This document shows, in pieces, positions 1 through 13,637 of a stretch of DNA of 64,000 nt. Position 1 is the first letter of the stretch, and the number at the start of each line of letters is the position of its first letter. Where the stretch lies: NCBI RefSeq assembly GCF_009914755.1, contig NC_060931.1; one strand, written 5' to 3'. This DNA is from the human T2T-CHM13v2.0 reference genome, Homo sapiens. A program made the position numbers and the translations under genes. The notes below the pieces were generated by a model. It was not told the DNA's origin and did not search any database. It was given only the letters and a program-made list of their open reading frames with translations.

Positions 1-295
1 GCAAGGACAGTACTTATAAGCAATGCTTGGGAGGTATATAAGATTCTTAAATACTGTTTCAGGGGGGAAAAATTTAAAGACAAGACTATCTGAATGATCC
101 AGAAATAAAGTATCAACCTAGAAGACAGAAGAAGGCAACAGATTAGGATTCCTTTTCACTATAGTCAAGCATACTTAAAGCTAGAAATTGTTCAGAAAGT
201 TACATACATTAATCTGCCTTCTGATTTAAGAATACAAGGAGGCTTCTGTCAACACTTAAGTAGGTAGTGAGAGATACCTACAGAAGCCTATGTCC

Positions 296-1990
296 CTTTT
301 TTTTCATTTCAACTTTTAGTTACAGGGGTTACACGTGTAGATTTGTTACATGGGAATATTATGTGATGCTGAGGTTTGGAGTATAGATCCCGTCATCCAG
401 GTAGTGAGCATAGTACCCAATAGGTAGTTGTTTAACCCACTCACCATTCTCTCTACTCTACAGTAGTCCACAGTGTCTGGTTGTTCCCATACTTATGTCC
501 ATGTTTTTAGCTCCCACTTACAAGCAGAAACTTGAAGTATTTGTTTTTCTATTTCTGCATTAATTTATTTAGGATTATGACCTCCAGCTCCATCCACGTT
601 GCTGCAAAAATATGATTTCATTCATTTTTGTTGGATGCGTAGTGTTCCATTGTGTATATGTACCACATTTCCTTTATCCAATCTATGGTTGATGGACACC
701 TGGGTTGATTCCCTGTCTTTGCTATTGTAAATAGTGTGACAATGAACATACGAGTGCTGTGTTTTTCTGGTAGAATGATTAATTTTCTTTTGGGTATATA
801 CCCAGTGATGGGATTGCTGGATCAAATGGTAGCTCTGTTTTAAGTTCTTTGAGAAATCTCCAGAGTGTTTTCCACAGCAGCTGGACTAATTTACATTCCT
901 CCAACTGTGTATAAGCATTCTCTTTTTGACCCAGCCTTGCCAGCATCTGTTGTTTTTGACTTTTTAATAATAGCCATTCTGACTGGTGTGAGATGGTATC
1001 TCACTGTGGTTATGATTTCCATTTCTCTGGTGATTAATTATGATGAGTGTTTTTTCATCACTTGTATGTGTTTGTTGGCCACTTGTATGTATTCTTTTGA
1101 GTAGTGTCTGTTCATGTCCTTTGCCCATTTTTTTTAATGGCGGTTATTTGGCTTTTGCTTGTTGATTTGTTTAAGTTCCCTACAGATTCTGGGTATTAGG
1201 CCTTTATCAGATCCATAGTTTGCAAGCATCTTCCCCGCTTCTGTAGGTTGTCTGTTTACTTTGTTGATAGTTTCTTTTCCTATGCAGAAGCTCTTTAGTT
1301 TAATTAGTTCCTACTTGTCTATTTTTGTTTTTGTTGCAATTGCTTTTGGAGACTTAGCCAAAAATTTTTCACCATGGCCTATGTTGAGAATATTTCCTAG
1401 GTTGTCTTCCTCAATTTTTATAGTTTGAGAAATATTTAATCTATTTTGAGTTAATTTTTGTTATGGTGAAAGGTAGGGGTCCAGCTTCAATCTTTTGCAT
1501 ATGGCTAACCAGTTATCCCAGCACCATTTATTAAATAAAGATTCCTTTTTCCATTGCCTGTTTTTGCTGGCCTTGTCGAAGCTCAGATGGTTGTAGGTGT
1601 ATGGCTTTATACCAGTACCAACCTTTTATAGTTACTGTGGCTTTACAGTATAGTTTGAAGTTGGGTAATATGATGCCTCTGGCTTTGTTCTTTTTGCTTA
1701 GCATTGCTTTGGCTATTTGGGCTCTTTTTAAAAAGAATTTTAAAATACTTTTTTCTAATTCTGTAAAGAATGATGCTGGTAGTTTGATGAAAATAGCATT
1801 GAATCTGTAAATTGCTCTGGGCAGTACGGCATTTTAAAAATATTGATTCTTCCAACCCATGAACATGCAGTTTTTCCATTTATTTGTATCATCTCTGATT
1901 TATTTAAGCAGTGTTTTGTAGTTCTTGTATAGATCTTTCAGCTCCTTTGTTAACTGTATTCCTAAATATTTCACTTTCTTTGTGTCTATT
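296..1990 (-). mobile_element. L1 3' fragment (L1PA16/L1PB-like), 5'-truncated
   Basis: Poly-T start, then the reverse complement of an L1 3' UTR (gatgctgaggtttgg...gtagtgagcatagtacccaataggtagtt) and ORF2 C-terminal sequence; ORFs 622-825 and 1643-1879 give L1 ORF2-type peptides. Confidence 0.9.
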
Positions 1991-1999
1991 ACCAGGCCT

Positions 2000-3235
2000 A
2001 TTAAGTAGTAGTGAGTAATCTTTATTCAAGGATGAACACACAGAACAATATACAAGTGAATAAACAACACCTATCTTGAATAAAGAAAGCAGATGCAAAC
2101 AAACTGTGACTTATGGATGAAATTCTTCATCTTAAGAGAAGGGGAGAATTATCCTAAAACACTTCTTGAAATGGTTTTGCTATAAGAAGCAGAATAAATT
2201 ATTTTAAAACATGCAGAACTGAAGCAGGCAATCTAATTAAAAATATTTAGTAACACATATCCTGATAAACTTTTAGAAATGTTAAGAATAAAGAAATTAT
2301 TAAAACCTGGGTTCCCAAATATATAGGTTACCTAGAAACCAGAAAAAAATACAAGGAAGCTAACATACGTTCCAGGCTGGCTTTAAAATTTAACCTTGGC
2401 AAGACCAAATACAAAAAGATAATGGAAAGTGTTTAATGAGATTTTTATTTTCCTTTTTCTTTTTCTGCAGGGTGACAAGGCCAAGTAGCAAGTGGCAACT
2501 GATTTTTATTTTAATTTTCTGATATGCAAGGGTTCATAAATTATGGTACTGACATAGACCCCTGAAAAGTTTACTCAAGCAAATAATCCAGGGGGCTAAA
2601 AGTTAATTAAAATTGAGAAGAACCAGAAAATTTGGTATAAATGTTCTTATGGTGAGCATTGATATAAGTGAATTCAAATAATTTCTGTAAAAATGTTAAT
2701 ATAATTTAATATAGTGTAATAAATGTCACTTGAAAAAGAATATAATTTTAGAAAATAATTAAAGCTTAATAAGCTATACCTCTAACCTATAATCTATACT
2801 CCATAATAAATTAAGAAAGATCTGTAAGTGTAGAGATGGGTCACTAGAAGCACATTAAATTTCTTGTTTTACATAGATAGAGGTTAAAATTACACTTCTG
2901 TGTTACATTTGAAGCTGAAAAAAATACATAATCTAGAATTTTATTAAATATATAAAGAAGCCCACAGCAAAATTTTAAAATGCTCCATTCTTTTAAAACT
3001 ACTACTGATTACAGTAGCAAACAAAGCATAGTACAGATTGCAAATTACTGAACACAAAGATTAGAGAAAAATAGCACAAAGTATACAACTCAATGAGAAG
3101 TTAATGTAAATTCAGTTATTACAGCTAACATAGTTTAAATATCAATAGACAAATGTCATCAGAGCTAATTACAAAAAATGCAATTATGTACTCTTTTCTG
3201 AAACAATCGGAATTTAAAAAATTTGAATATGTAAG
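2000..3235 (+). mobile_element. Old L1M (L1ME-like) remnant, interrupted by the ERVL block
   Basis: A-rich degenerate L1-like sequence; L1 ORF2-like sequence resumes at about 8530. Confidence 0.45.
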
Positions 3236-3294
3236 TGTCACATTATATCTTTTGGCTTCATCTGTCTGTGGACACTTGCCCACTTGTTTCAGAC

Positions 3295-3727
3295 TGCTAA
3301 CTTAAAAAAATTATAAATTCAAAAAAAGAAGAGGCTTTATTTCTTATACAGGGTTGTAGCCTGCAGGATGGCCATTCTGACAGGCTAGGAAACACAGCTT
3401 CCAGACAGAACCAGAAACAGATACTGCTAGAGAGGGGCAAAGGGAATAGGCATGTATGCTGAGCAAGGTGGCCAAATACATATATTCAATAAGCTAGAGG
3501 AGGAGTAATGAATATTTATGAAAGGAGAAACATACAGAAGTGCAACTGAGCTTCATTGTTGTCCATGTTCAGAAAATAGCAGCGATTTGAGGGTGGAGGT
3601 TTCAGCCCTCTGACATCAAATATGAAGCAGAGGATACACAAACTCTTAATGTACATTGTCCATAGACTGGTCAGAAGCACTCTATGGTCAGTGGTCTCTT
3701 ATTAGGCATAAAAGGAGGGGTAGCATC
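3295..3727 (-). mobile_element. ERV1 MER4-group LTR fragment (MER66-like)
   Basis: Recognisable motifs gaggctttatttctta...gcctgcaggatggccattctgacaggct and catatattcaataagct...atgaatatttatgaaaggagaaac. Confidence 0.65.
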
Positions 3728-3729
3728 TT

Positions 3730-4145
3730 GCCACCTGTCCCAGATTTTCATGTTGATGCTGAGGTATGAGGTCTACTAGTATCTTCCTGGCCCCCTCATT
3801 TATGTGCAACCCCTGTGTGCAAGGGAATCAATTTCCCCTGAAGTCTAACTTAAATTAATGGGAGACGAGAGAGATTGGATGAATTCTTTACCTTCTCTTT
3901 GCTGGATAAAAGACCCTAATATTCACTCATTTATGTAGATTCTGGAAAAACAATGCAACATGGATGAGCTAACAGTCATGTTACAAAGTGGTGGCCAGCA
4001 TGGAAACCTATCCTTGTATTGGCTTTTCTCCCTTACTCCCTCCCTTTTCCCCTCACTCCTATACCCCGGAAATGCATTTTCTAACAAGGTAATAATAGTT
4101 AAGTCTTTGTCTTAGGCTTTGTTCTCCAGAGCTCAGGGCAAGAGA
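3730..4145 (+). mobile_element. LTR16-family LTR (5' LTR of the ERVL element)
   Basis: LTR16-type 3' end (ccttgtattggctt...cccctcactcct...gtcttaggctttg...) directly followed by an ERVL internal start (gtcggtaatagg...gaaagcagacc...gatgggattttagaactgga). Confidence 0.7.
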
Positions 4146-7100
4146 GTCGGTAATAGGAATATTCTTAGAAAGCAGACCATAAAGATGGGATTTTAGAACT
4201 GGACTACTCACTGGCCTTCTAGCAATGAGGATTTCAGTGCTAGTGGTAAATAGGATACTGAAAATTCCTGGTTAGCAGTGGTACCATGATTATGGAAGTT
4301 TTAACCTTTGTTGAATTGGAATGAAACGCAGGTGAAAGGGGAAGCATTAGCATATATGAAAGTTGTGATGTTTTAAAAGTATGAGGTCAGCAATCATCAT
4401 AAGGATTGTGTAGAATGGCTTCTCTTTAAGCATTATAGATGTTGAAAATATAAAATTCTCAGCTCGGGTCAGCCAAATGCCATAACACGGAACAAGGTGA
4501 AATCTGAAGAACTTCCGGGGAAGTTTTTAGGGAGACTTTCCTCTCCTGTGGCATAAGAATGTGCTGAAAATCAGGCTCAGGATTTACTGAAAGAGTGGCA
4601 GAGCCTCGATGTATCCTGAACGCAAAGACTCAAGAGGCCCCTATGCTAAAGTCAGTGGCTTCATAGGAAAGAATGGAATGTTGAGACCTGAAACAGGGTA
4701 ATTTGGGTAAACAAGCCTGAAAATATTGAACTCACAAGTTCTATTGAATTTCCAGGATGGCAGAAGAAGCCCTCTTCTCCAAGCCTCAGATTTTACAATG
4801 ACATAATCAGAGGTGAGTGCCTCTCCGGATAATGCTTTCCCTCATGGTCTACCCACCTCCCTTTATTGCGTCTAGTCAGTAGCTAGGGTTAGGCCTCAGC
4901 ACAGGCAGAGCAGAGAAGTATAATCCATCTTCAGGAGAAAATAGTTTATGTCAAAGGAATTGACATACCTGACTAATAAATACTGTCAGCAACCTGAGAA
5001 GCAAATGTCAGAATAAAGCTTCAGATTTATACCCAAAGAGGTGCAATATTAGGCTGGGTATGGGAGAATTTATTGAATAAAGGCAATCACAAAAGCCTTT
5101 GAATTTGATGATCTAGAAATGACACTGATGTCTACCCCAAAATTTTCTTCTGGGATACATCTTTGAGGCTTCAATATAGCAAATACAATGAAAAATCTGG
5201 AATATCCTAACATGGTATTGAGGAAGGAGTGAGAAAAATTGAAGATATGGGAATGTTAGAATGGATTTACTATGTACAACCTGAGTACGCACACCCTGAT
5301 TAAGATTCTTGTGTGGTCCAGACGACATTCCATAAGCAATGAAGTTTTGAGGGTACCGACATCTTGCTGGCAGCTGTGCTCTGCTAGCTGTGGTTGATGG
5401 TAGGAGTTGTTGCTGTTGAACTGGGCCCAGCTGATACAACACTCAAGCATCAGAGGCAAGTCAGGTGAAATTGCTAGACTTGCCATCAATTTGTCTTGGC
5501 CTTCTCACCTGTGGTAATAGTTAATGGATCATGGTGTTCTTAGAAATGAGATAGATAGACATGAGAAAGAGGGAAGGAAGAGATGATGGGCAGAAGGCTG
5601 ACATCAGCTGCTAAATTGGAAAACTCTGGTTCCATACCCAATTTCCAATGTAATTTAGTTCGCAAATGTAGAAGTAATTGATTGAAGAGTATGGTCCCCT
5701 TGAGAAAAAAAAGAACCTGCAATGCCATCTGAAGTATATACAGTAAATATTCCCTTGATTATTCTCCAAGGGGATCTGAAACCATTTCCAGGGTAACAGT
5801 GCTGGGGAATGGGACAACACAGACATTTCTAGGACATTTAGATATAAGTTCTGAGCTGACACTGATGTCACGGGATCTGAAGCACAATTGCAGTACTCTG
5901 GTTAAATGGGAGTTTACAGAGGCCAGGTAGAGTTTGACCCAAGTCCATTTCACAGTGCATCCAAGTATATTTGGACCTAACCTGTGGCTATTTCCCTGGT
6001 CCTCACGTGCAGTATGCAAAGAGAAATACTTAGCAGCTGGCAGAACCCATACATTATGGTCTGTGGAATAAAAGCTATTAGGGCACCAAGAGCCAGTAGC
6101 AGACCCAGAAACCACACTCCCATCCTGAGGAAAATTATAAATCAGAGGTAATGTTATATCACAGTAAGAAATGCTGAGATTAGTATCACTATCAAAGATG
6201 TAGAGGATGTAGGGGTGATGGCCCACATCATATTTCTATTTAATTCACCTGTATGTACCCTACAAAAATGAAATGGATCGTGGTAGATGACAGTACATTA
6301 CTATAAATTTATCCAATTGGCAGTCCCGATCACAGCTTCACAGCTGCTATATTATACCATCTGCCACAGAAGCTGCTATTGGAGCTACCACTAAGTTAAG
6401 TGACAGTAGATTAACACAGGCTTTGGCACTTGTTATAAGACTACTGATCTTGCATATATATTTTTTCTCCAATTCTCTTTAATAAAGAGAATCAAGTTCT
6501 GTGTTTATTCACATGGTAAAAACAACGGCACCCATTTACTCTCAAGTCTAGGGATATGCAAACTGTCCTGCTCTCTTTCACAATAGAAAATGCAGACATC
6601 TTGATTATCTTGCCAATCTCTAGAATATAACACTAGATCAGTAAACTGATAACATCATGACAATCGGACTTGGTGAGCAGGACACGAGAAGTATAGTAGT
6701 TGTCAGAGGTGTCAGAGGATTAGAGATAAGCCTTATGAAGAGTCAAGGAATGGCCACAGTTTTGGAGGTCCAGTGGTCAGTAACATGGCACAACATCCCT
6801 TGTGAGACTAAGGATAAATTTTTGCACTTTACAGCTGACACTTAACTGAAAGATACACAGTGTTTAATAGTCCTCTTTTGATTTTGGAGGTGGACTGAAC
6901 ATGATGTCACTACTCTGACTCATCTATTATTTGGTGACTTGGAAGCTGTTAATTTTGAGAGATGCCTAATGGGAGAGAGTTCTGCAGAAGATCCAGCCTG
7001 AGGCGTCTAGCCACTTAGGACTTATAACAGAGCAGACTGGCTTGAGGTAGAGATATGTATGGAGACAGGTTGCTATGAGTTTGAGAAGTTTCTAGGTTTT

Positions 7101-8520
7101 AGAGAAAGATAATTCTTTCTCTGTAAAAGAACTATTCTCAATTTGAATAAACATTCCTGTCATTATACTGTATTCTACTAGAAACGGATGGCCTGACTAC
7201 GGGATGCTAAGTGACTATGCCACTGGGGTTTAATTTTCTGAACTGAGTATAATCAGATCCATCATTTTTTATGTTGGGTATATGCAGAAATGATATTTGA
7301 GTTTCAGCCTGAGCATATCCAGAATACACTGGTAAATCACACAGTTGTGTGGCCTAGACATCCACATTACTTACCTCTTCTGTACAGACACTCCTATCTC
7401 AGCTTACACCTTTGGCCTCAAGTGGTACTCCCAATAGTCAACCAACCTAGAAGAAAAGAACTTAGGCTAGTGCAAAGTCAGACTGATATGATATGTTAAT
7501 GCAAAAGCAAACAAGACTGATGCCAATCCTTATGCTGGTGGACCAGCAAGCAAAGAAAGAAGTTACAATGTCAGTGGGAGTAATCAATCCTAATTACTAG
7601 GATAGTCTACAGCTGTTACATAATGAGGACCCAGAGGGTGTTGTCTAGAACCCACTGAATTTATGAACTTTTATGCCCATGGTAACCGTAAATGGATAAC
7701 TACAGCAACAATGGTTAGAAAAGGTGTTTGTTTATATATTTCTCTGTAAAATTTAGTGGATTAAGATTAAAACAATACATTGTTTTGTTTATAACGTATA
7801 ATTTGTGCAGAGCTCAGCAGGAACATCTTATCTTTGCTATATAAATTGTCTGTGGCCTCAACTGGAATGACTTGAAGGTATGGGGGCTGGAGAATTTGGG
7901 GACTGCCCATGCATCTCTTTCTCTTTATGTGGTCTCAGGCACTCATATGATTCAGGGCCTCTGAATAGGGTCTCTCTAGCATATTATCCTCAAGGTAGAT
8001 GGATGTCTTATGCAGTAGCCCAGAGAACCAGGAGTGTGTCTTCCAAGAGACCAAGGTGTAAGTTGCAACGCCTTTCATAACCCAGCCTCTGAAGTCATAC
8101 ATGATCACATCTGCCATATTCTGTCAGTCACACAGGGACAGATATTATTTAATGCATGAGGGCACTACACCAGAGCTTCAATACTGGGAGATGTGCATCA
8201 CTGGGGGTCCATCTGTAATATGGCTGCCACACAAGGAAATGGACACTAAATGGTAAAGTTCTGACTCATAACGTGTAAAGTTCTGAGACTCCCTGCCAAG
8301 CAAGCCACTCAGACCAGCCAACAGGATGGCCAAGGGTAGAACAAATGTAAAATGGGTGATGAAGGAGAAAGGTGTTGAATATCAGTCTCGGTTTGGGCAC
8401 TAGTCACAGAAGTGGGTGCCTTTGTTTGTTTCACTTAACCATCTTCCCTTAAAGCCGTTTAGTGCTTGAATCTGGCAACCATTATGAGGCTGACTCTGAC
8501 TGATTGGTCTTTTACATCCT
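4146..8520 (+). mobile_element. Degenerate ERVL internal region (ERV3-16A3-like): gag/pro/RT/RNase H/IN remnants
   Basis: Protease-like LDISSELTL at about 5838-5864; RT-like FNSPV...NGSW*MTV at about 6240-6300; integrase-tail-like sequence at 8240-8420; many stops and frameshifts. Confidence 0.8.
7725..8231 (-). mobile_element. MLT1 (F/H-like) MaLR solo LTR nested in the ERVL internal region
   Basis: TG...CA ends; 5-bp TSD aaagg (7720-7724) / caagg (8232-8236); MLT1 motifs (gcctctgaagtcatac...tctgccatattctg). Confidence 0.8.
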
Positions 8521-8529
8521 TTCTTGGGG

Positions 8530-9200
8530 AAAAAATGAAGAGATGCTATAATAAAGACCATTTTCCTGAATCACTGTAAAATAAAACTGGAAATGAATTA
8601 TTAATATAACAATGTATATAGAGAGTAATAAATGTAAAAATAATTTAAATGATAAAATTTGGCAATGGAAATTATGAAATATTTAGAAAGGAATAACTGA
8701 AGGCACCACATATCAAATCTTGTGGGGTGCACTTAAATGGATTAATTAGAGACACATCATCTTAATTGCATTTATTAAATTATAAGACAGATTTTAAATT
8801 AATGAACTCAAATCTAGGATAAAATAGAACAAGCCTCAAGAAAATAGAAGAAAGTAAAAAAGTGAGCATGAATACAAACAAAACAAAAAAACAATAGATA
8901 TAGTTAATAAAATAACCATCACAAAATTTTTTGAGAAACATAAATTAAGTAGACAAACTTCAATAATTTTTATAAAGTTGTAAAGGTACAAATAAACATT
9001 AGAACACAAAAGATGATAGCTCTGTAATTACTGTAAAGATTTACACAAATAAAATATCACACATAATATTTTGCTAATAATTTGAAAGCAGATAAAATGG
9101 GCAAAATCCTACAAAATTATATACTAGTAAAACCAATTCAAGGAGAAATAGAAAATCTTAATATACTTAAAACAGTTTAATAAATTGACTTTTTAAAGTC
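8530..9200 (+). mobile_element. Old L1M ORF2 (endonuclease/linker) remnant
   Basis: Typical L1 ORF2 sequence aaatatttagaa...caccacatatcaaatcttgtggggtgca...aatagatatagttaataaaat. Confidence 0.7.
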
Positions 9201-9329
9201 AAAACTCTTAGCCTTCAATGAAGAAAGTCAATACAGATTTCTCCCCACACCTCCTTCCTTACAAGGATTTCAAATACACAAAATGAAATCAAATACATTT
9301 CTTGATGCTTGCCTTGCTAAATTCCATGT

Positions 9330-10170
9330 CATATACAAGGTCTTTTATTGTCCTCATGTTCATTTCTTTAAAATTACTTTTCTTTTGTATGCCTATTCAA
9401 TTTCCATCTTCTTCCCATTTACATGCATCTAGTATTTTGTGTTTAATGTGTGTCCTCTCTTTTGATCTTTAATCATGTCTTCTGCTGAGTCCATTTGATT
9501 TATCTTAAATGTTCTAATAATCTATACATATGTATAAAAATGTATAAACTACTCTTTCTAATATTTTTGTCAATTTTTCCCCCATGTTACACACTGTTAT
9601 CCCAAAGGTCTTACCTGATAACTCCAATATCTGGATAATCTTGAGTTCTACTTCTCTCGACTATTTTTAAACACTCTTCCTCTTACATTTTCTTATTTCT
9701 TTGCATATCTGGACATTGTATATAATTTATATGGAGGTTCTATTAACTTTGCCAAAACATGAGTTTTGTCCTGGCAGGCAGTTAAATTACCTGTGAAGCC
9801 CTTGAATCTTTAAAACTTGCTGTTAGATTTTGTTAGGACTGATCTATTTCAATTGTATTTCTACTTCTAGGATATAGCCGCTATTCCTAGAATATGTTCT
9901 TAATCTTAGATGTGGACTTTCTTGGATTTTAGATAAATATATGGTTTCTTCACTGAAGTCTCTCTACTCTGCCTGGGCCTACACTCCAATCTCTCCAAAC
10001 TGCTACTCTACCTCTGAAATCGGTGTTCATCTCTTAGCCTCCTAGAAGTTGGTCTTTGCTATCCCTCCCAGAGCCTCATTCTATGGATACTCATCCATGG
10101 AAGCTTAGCTTAGAAGTTGGCCAAGAACTGGAGAGAAAAAAGTTATATAAACCTCTTGGGCAACCTTTGC
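9330..10170 (-). mobile_element. Old L1M 5'/ORF1 region remnant
   Basis: T-rich degenerate sequence with ctgataactccaatatctgga-type L1M motif. Confidence 0.45.
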
Positions 10171-11427
10171 TAGATTAGTTCCTAGGCAATTGGTAGTTTT
10201 TGTTGTTATCATAAAGTGGATCTGTTTTCCGTTTCATTTTTTTTTTTTTAGTTACTTATTGCATTGAAGAGAACTTGTTGAATATACTTAAAGAATGATT
10301 TATTGAGCTGGAAGATAAGGTTGAAAAAGTCTTTCAAAAAGCATTAGCAGGAAATAAAGAGATAGAAAGAATAAAAAAGAAGTCAAAAGATATGGAGAAT
10401 AATAATAGAAATTGCAGTGCCCATCTAGGATGAAAGGCAAGGTATACATGTAGAGAAAATATTTGAAGAAAAAAATTAATGATAAGTTGTTAAAATTAAT
10501 GAAAGATGTAAGACTTAATACTAAAAGGGCACATCAAGAACTGAATAGGAGAGATAAGTACAAAAAAAATCCTCATTTAGACTTATTATAGTGACATTTA
10601 AGATTATTGAAGACAAGGAGAAACTCTCAAGATTTTCAAAGAGAATAATTAGATTATCCACAGGAAACTAAAATTCAGTACCTATTAGACTCGACAACAA
10701 CAACACTGAATGCAATAAAGTTTTCAAGGAAAAGAATTTAAACCTGATATTGCATTCAGTTAAGCTATCATTTCAATGTTCAAGCAAATATAATATTAGT
10801 TTTCAGAGAGTCTAGCAACATGAAGAATCTCTGAAAGAATTCTGAGAGGTTTAGCTTTTGAAAGGAAGCAATTGATTTTGTAAGCAAGAAATTGTTATGG
10901 AAGGGAAGAACATGTAAAAAGCAGAATAGAATTTATCCAAATAAACAATAATTTAATCGTTTGTGTAAGGATAAAAGTACAATACTAATACTTCAACTGA
11001 TACTAATGTTGTGAAAGTTTTGGGGAGAAGAGAGAAAGGTGGGGAAGGAATTGTGTTAACACTTGGTTCTGTTCAGGGGGAAAACACAGCTATCTATAAG
11101 GTTGCAGATATGATATGGAAACATAAACAAGATATTAATCTGTTTTATTTTCCAATGCTTAAAGCATTTCCTGGGATATAGTCAATGATCAAATAATATT
11201 TGTTAAAATAATCTTAATAAATTAATAATTACTACCAAAATAATAAAGATAGAATGCATATAGTTCAATTCATAAGAATCATCTTATTAAAATCAGGGAG
11301 ACAGGAAACATAACATTTTGAAAATTAGAGTAGAAAAAAACACAAACTAGAAGGACAAACAACTTTTAATGCAATTGTAATAAAAAATAATTTATGGTAA
11401 ACTGACTAAAGTAGATAAAACTTACTA

Positions 11428-11579
11428 GGGGAGGGGGGAGGGATAGCATTGGGAGATATACCTAATGCTAGATGACGAGTTAGTGGGTGCAGCGCACCAG
11501 CATGGCACATGTATACATTTGTAACTAACCTGCACAATGTGCACATGTACCCTAAAACTTAAAGTATAATAATAAAAAA
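11428..11579 (+). mobile_element. Very short, young L1PA2-type 3' end (about 152 bp)
   Basis: Near-consensus 3' UTR with GAG diagnostic (gatgacgagttagtgggtgcagcgcacc); poly-A; perfect TSD aaaacttacta at 11417-11427 and 11580-11590. Confidence 0.92.
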
Positions 11580-11636
11580 AAAACTTACTAATCAAAAGAT
11601 AAGAACTCTCAGATTGTATTTAAAAGAAGAACTACT

Positions 11637-11902
11637 GGCCGGTTGCGGTGGCTCACTCCTGTAATCCCAGCATTTTGGGAGGCCAAGGCAAGTGGATTGC
11701 GTGAGCCCAGTAGTTGGAGACCAGCCTGGACAATGTGGCAAAACCTCATCTCTAAAAAAACAAACAAACAAAAAATTAGCTAGGGGTGGTGGGGCACACC
11801 TGTAATCCCAGTAACTCGGGATGCTGAGGTGAGATAATCGTCTGAGCCTGGGAATCAGAGGTTTCAGTGAGTCAAGATCATGCCACTGCACTCTGTTTAA
11901 AA
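11637..11902 (+). mobile_element. AluJ with deleted 3' end
   Basis: Alu dimer with J-type features (ggattgcgtgagccc); sequence jumps from gcactc to tgttt, losing about 25 nt before the tail. Confidence 0.85.
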
Positions 11903-12823
11903 GATACACACACAAAACATAAGACACAGAAAACTTGATCATGGGGGCATGGCAAAGTATATCTGGAACATATCAAATGGAAATTTTAATATCAGAAAAA
12001 AGTGAAGGCCAAAATGAGATTTATGACTGAAAATGAATGTTACATATGTAGAAAGCAAATGTGAACCAAGAAGATTGTAATAGTCAATAATAATTAATAA
12101 CTATTGCATTAAACATTAAATGATCAAAAAGAAAAAAATACAGGATCTTTCAGCTGATGCTGAAAAAATGTTCAATACAATTTTTCACACAATTAAGGCA
12201 AAAATTTTTAGCAAATGAGGAAAAAGAGAGGCACTTCTTTAATAAAAAGGGAGCTATCTACTGTATAATAAGTGTCATATTTAATAATGGCCTTTCAGAT
12301 TCATTCCTTTTCTGGTGGACGTCAAGACAAAGACGCCTGCAATCACTACTATAGTTCAACACAGATCTGAGGTCCTGGCCGAGACATTGAAACAAGAAAA
12401 ATAAGTAAAGATAATAGGAACAAGAGGCAAAATGCCATGATATGAATATCCTAATGTAATGCTGAAAATAATTTATAAACAAATTACTGGAATTAATATG
12501 AAAAATTAATCACTTTAAGAGCAGAGAAATAATATAATAAACACTCATGTAATCACCACTCTAAAAGTGAAAATTTGTCAAATTTGTTTCATGTTCCTCT
12601 TTTTAAGTAAAACTGATACATTTATAAGAACATTTATTGCAGCATTGTATATAAGAACAAACAACTGGTAAAATCTATTTTACATTAAAAACATTAACGT
12701 TGAATGAGCAATAATCACCTACACTTTCTGCTCTGTGAAAATTTTCAATTAACTCAATCCAGATTTTTTCCCCAAAGTCCTTCTAGATAACATCCAATAC
12801 TTCAGGCATAAATATATATTTCT

Positions 12824-12994
12824 TTTTTTAAATTTTATTATTATTATACTTTAAGTTTTAGGGTATTAACTCATCATTTAGCATTAGGTATATCTCCTAA
12901 TGCTATCCCTCCTCCCTCCCCCTACCCCACAACAGTCCCAGGTGTGTGATGTTCCCCTTCCTGTGTCCACGTGTTCTCATTGTTCAATTCCCAC
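12824..12994 (-). mobile_element. Short L1PA3/4-type 3' end with internal deletion
   Basis: tttattattatactttaagttttagggta joined directly to ttaactcatcatttagcattagg (about 60 nt missing); possible TSD atttct. Confidence 0.85.
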
Positions 12995-13251
12995 ATTTCT
13001 AATATTCAAAGTTTCAAGACAGACTCTTACCTTAAAATCAGGAGTTGATTTATTAAGACTAATTGAGGAGTGTATTGAATGGAAACTAATGAGCTACAGA
13101 TACGTCTTCCTTTAGGAAAACAAAAACAAAAAAAAACTTGGTTTGAAAAAGCTGATTTATAGTCTTAAAAGATCAATATTGTAAAACATTAAAATTCCAC
13201 GCTCCTACCCCGGTCAGGATTTTTTATCTTCCTTCTCTAACAAATTTTGCA

Positions 13252-13512
13252 GTTTTTGTTTTTTGTTTTTTGTTTGTTTTTTTTTTTTGAGACAGAGTCT
13301 CGCTCTGTCTTGCTCTGTCGCCACGCTGCAGTGCAGTGGCGTGAGCTCGGCTCACTGCAGCCTCCGCGTCCCGGGTTCAAGCTATTCTCTGCCTCAGCCC
13401 CCCAAGTAGCTGGGACTAAAGGGGGCGTCACTATACCCCGCTAATTTTTGTATTTTTAATAGAGACAGGGTTTCATCTTGTTCGCCAGGATGCTACCAAT
13501 CTCTTGACCTCG
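13252..13512 (-). mobile_element. AluS (Sc-like), 5'-truncated
   Basis: Poly-T, then gagacagagtctcgctctgt...gacctcg; contains a small tandem duplication ctcgctctgt/cttgctctgt. Confidence 0.88.
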
Positions 13513-13637
13513 ATTTCACATATTTTAAATATGGGTTTTAAACAAAAACTCAGATCACTTGGAACCGTTTAAAAATGTAGCCGGCCATTCTATATAAATG
13601 ATATAAATATGAGAAAATAGACACAGTAAAGTCTAGA

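Larger units (their letters stand above)
10260..12530 (+). mobile_element. Old L1M/HAL1 ORF1-ORF2 remnants, hosting L1PA2 and AluJ insertions
   Basis: ORF1-like gagctggaagataaggttgaaa...agatatggagaat; ORF2-like tttcagctgatgctgaaaaaatgttcaatacaatt. Confidence 0.6.

Noticed and set aside
5759-6226. 155-aa minus-strand ORF
   Set aside because: Antisense to the ERVL protease/RT remnant.
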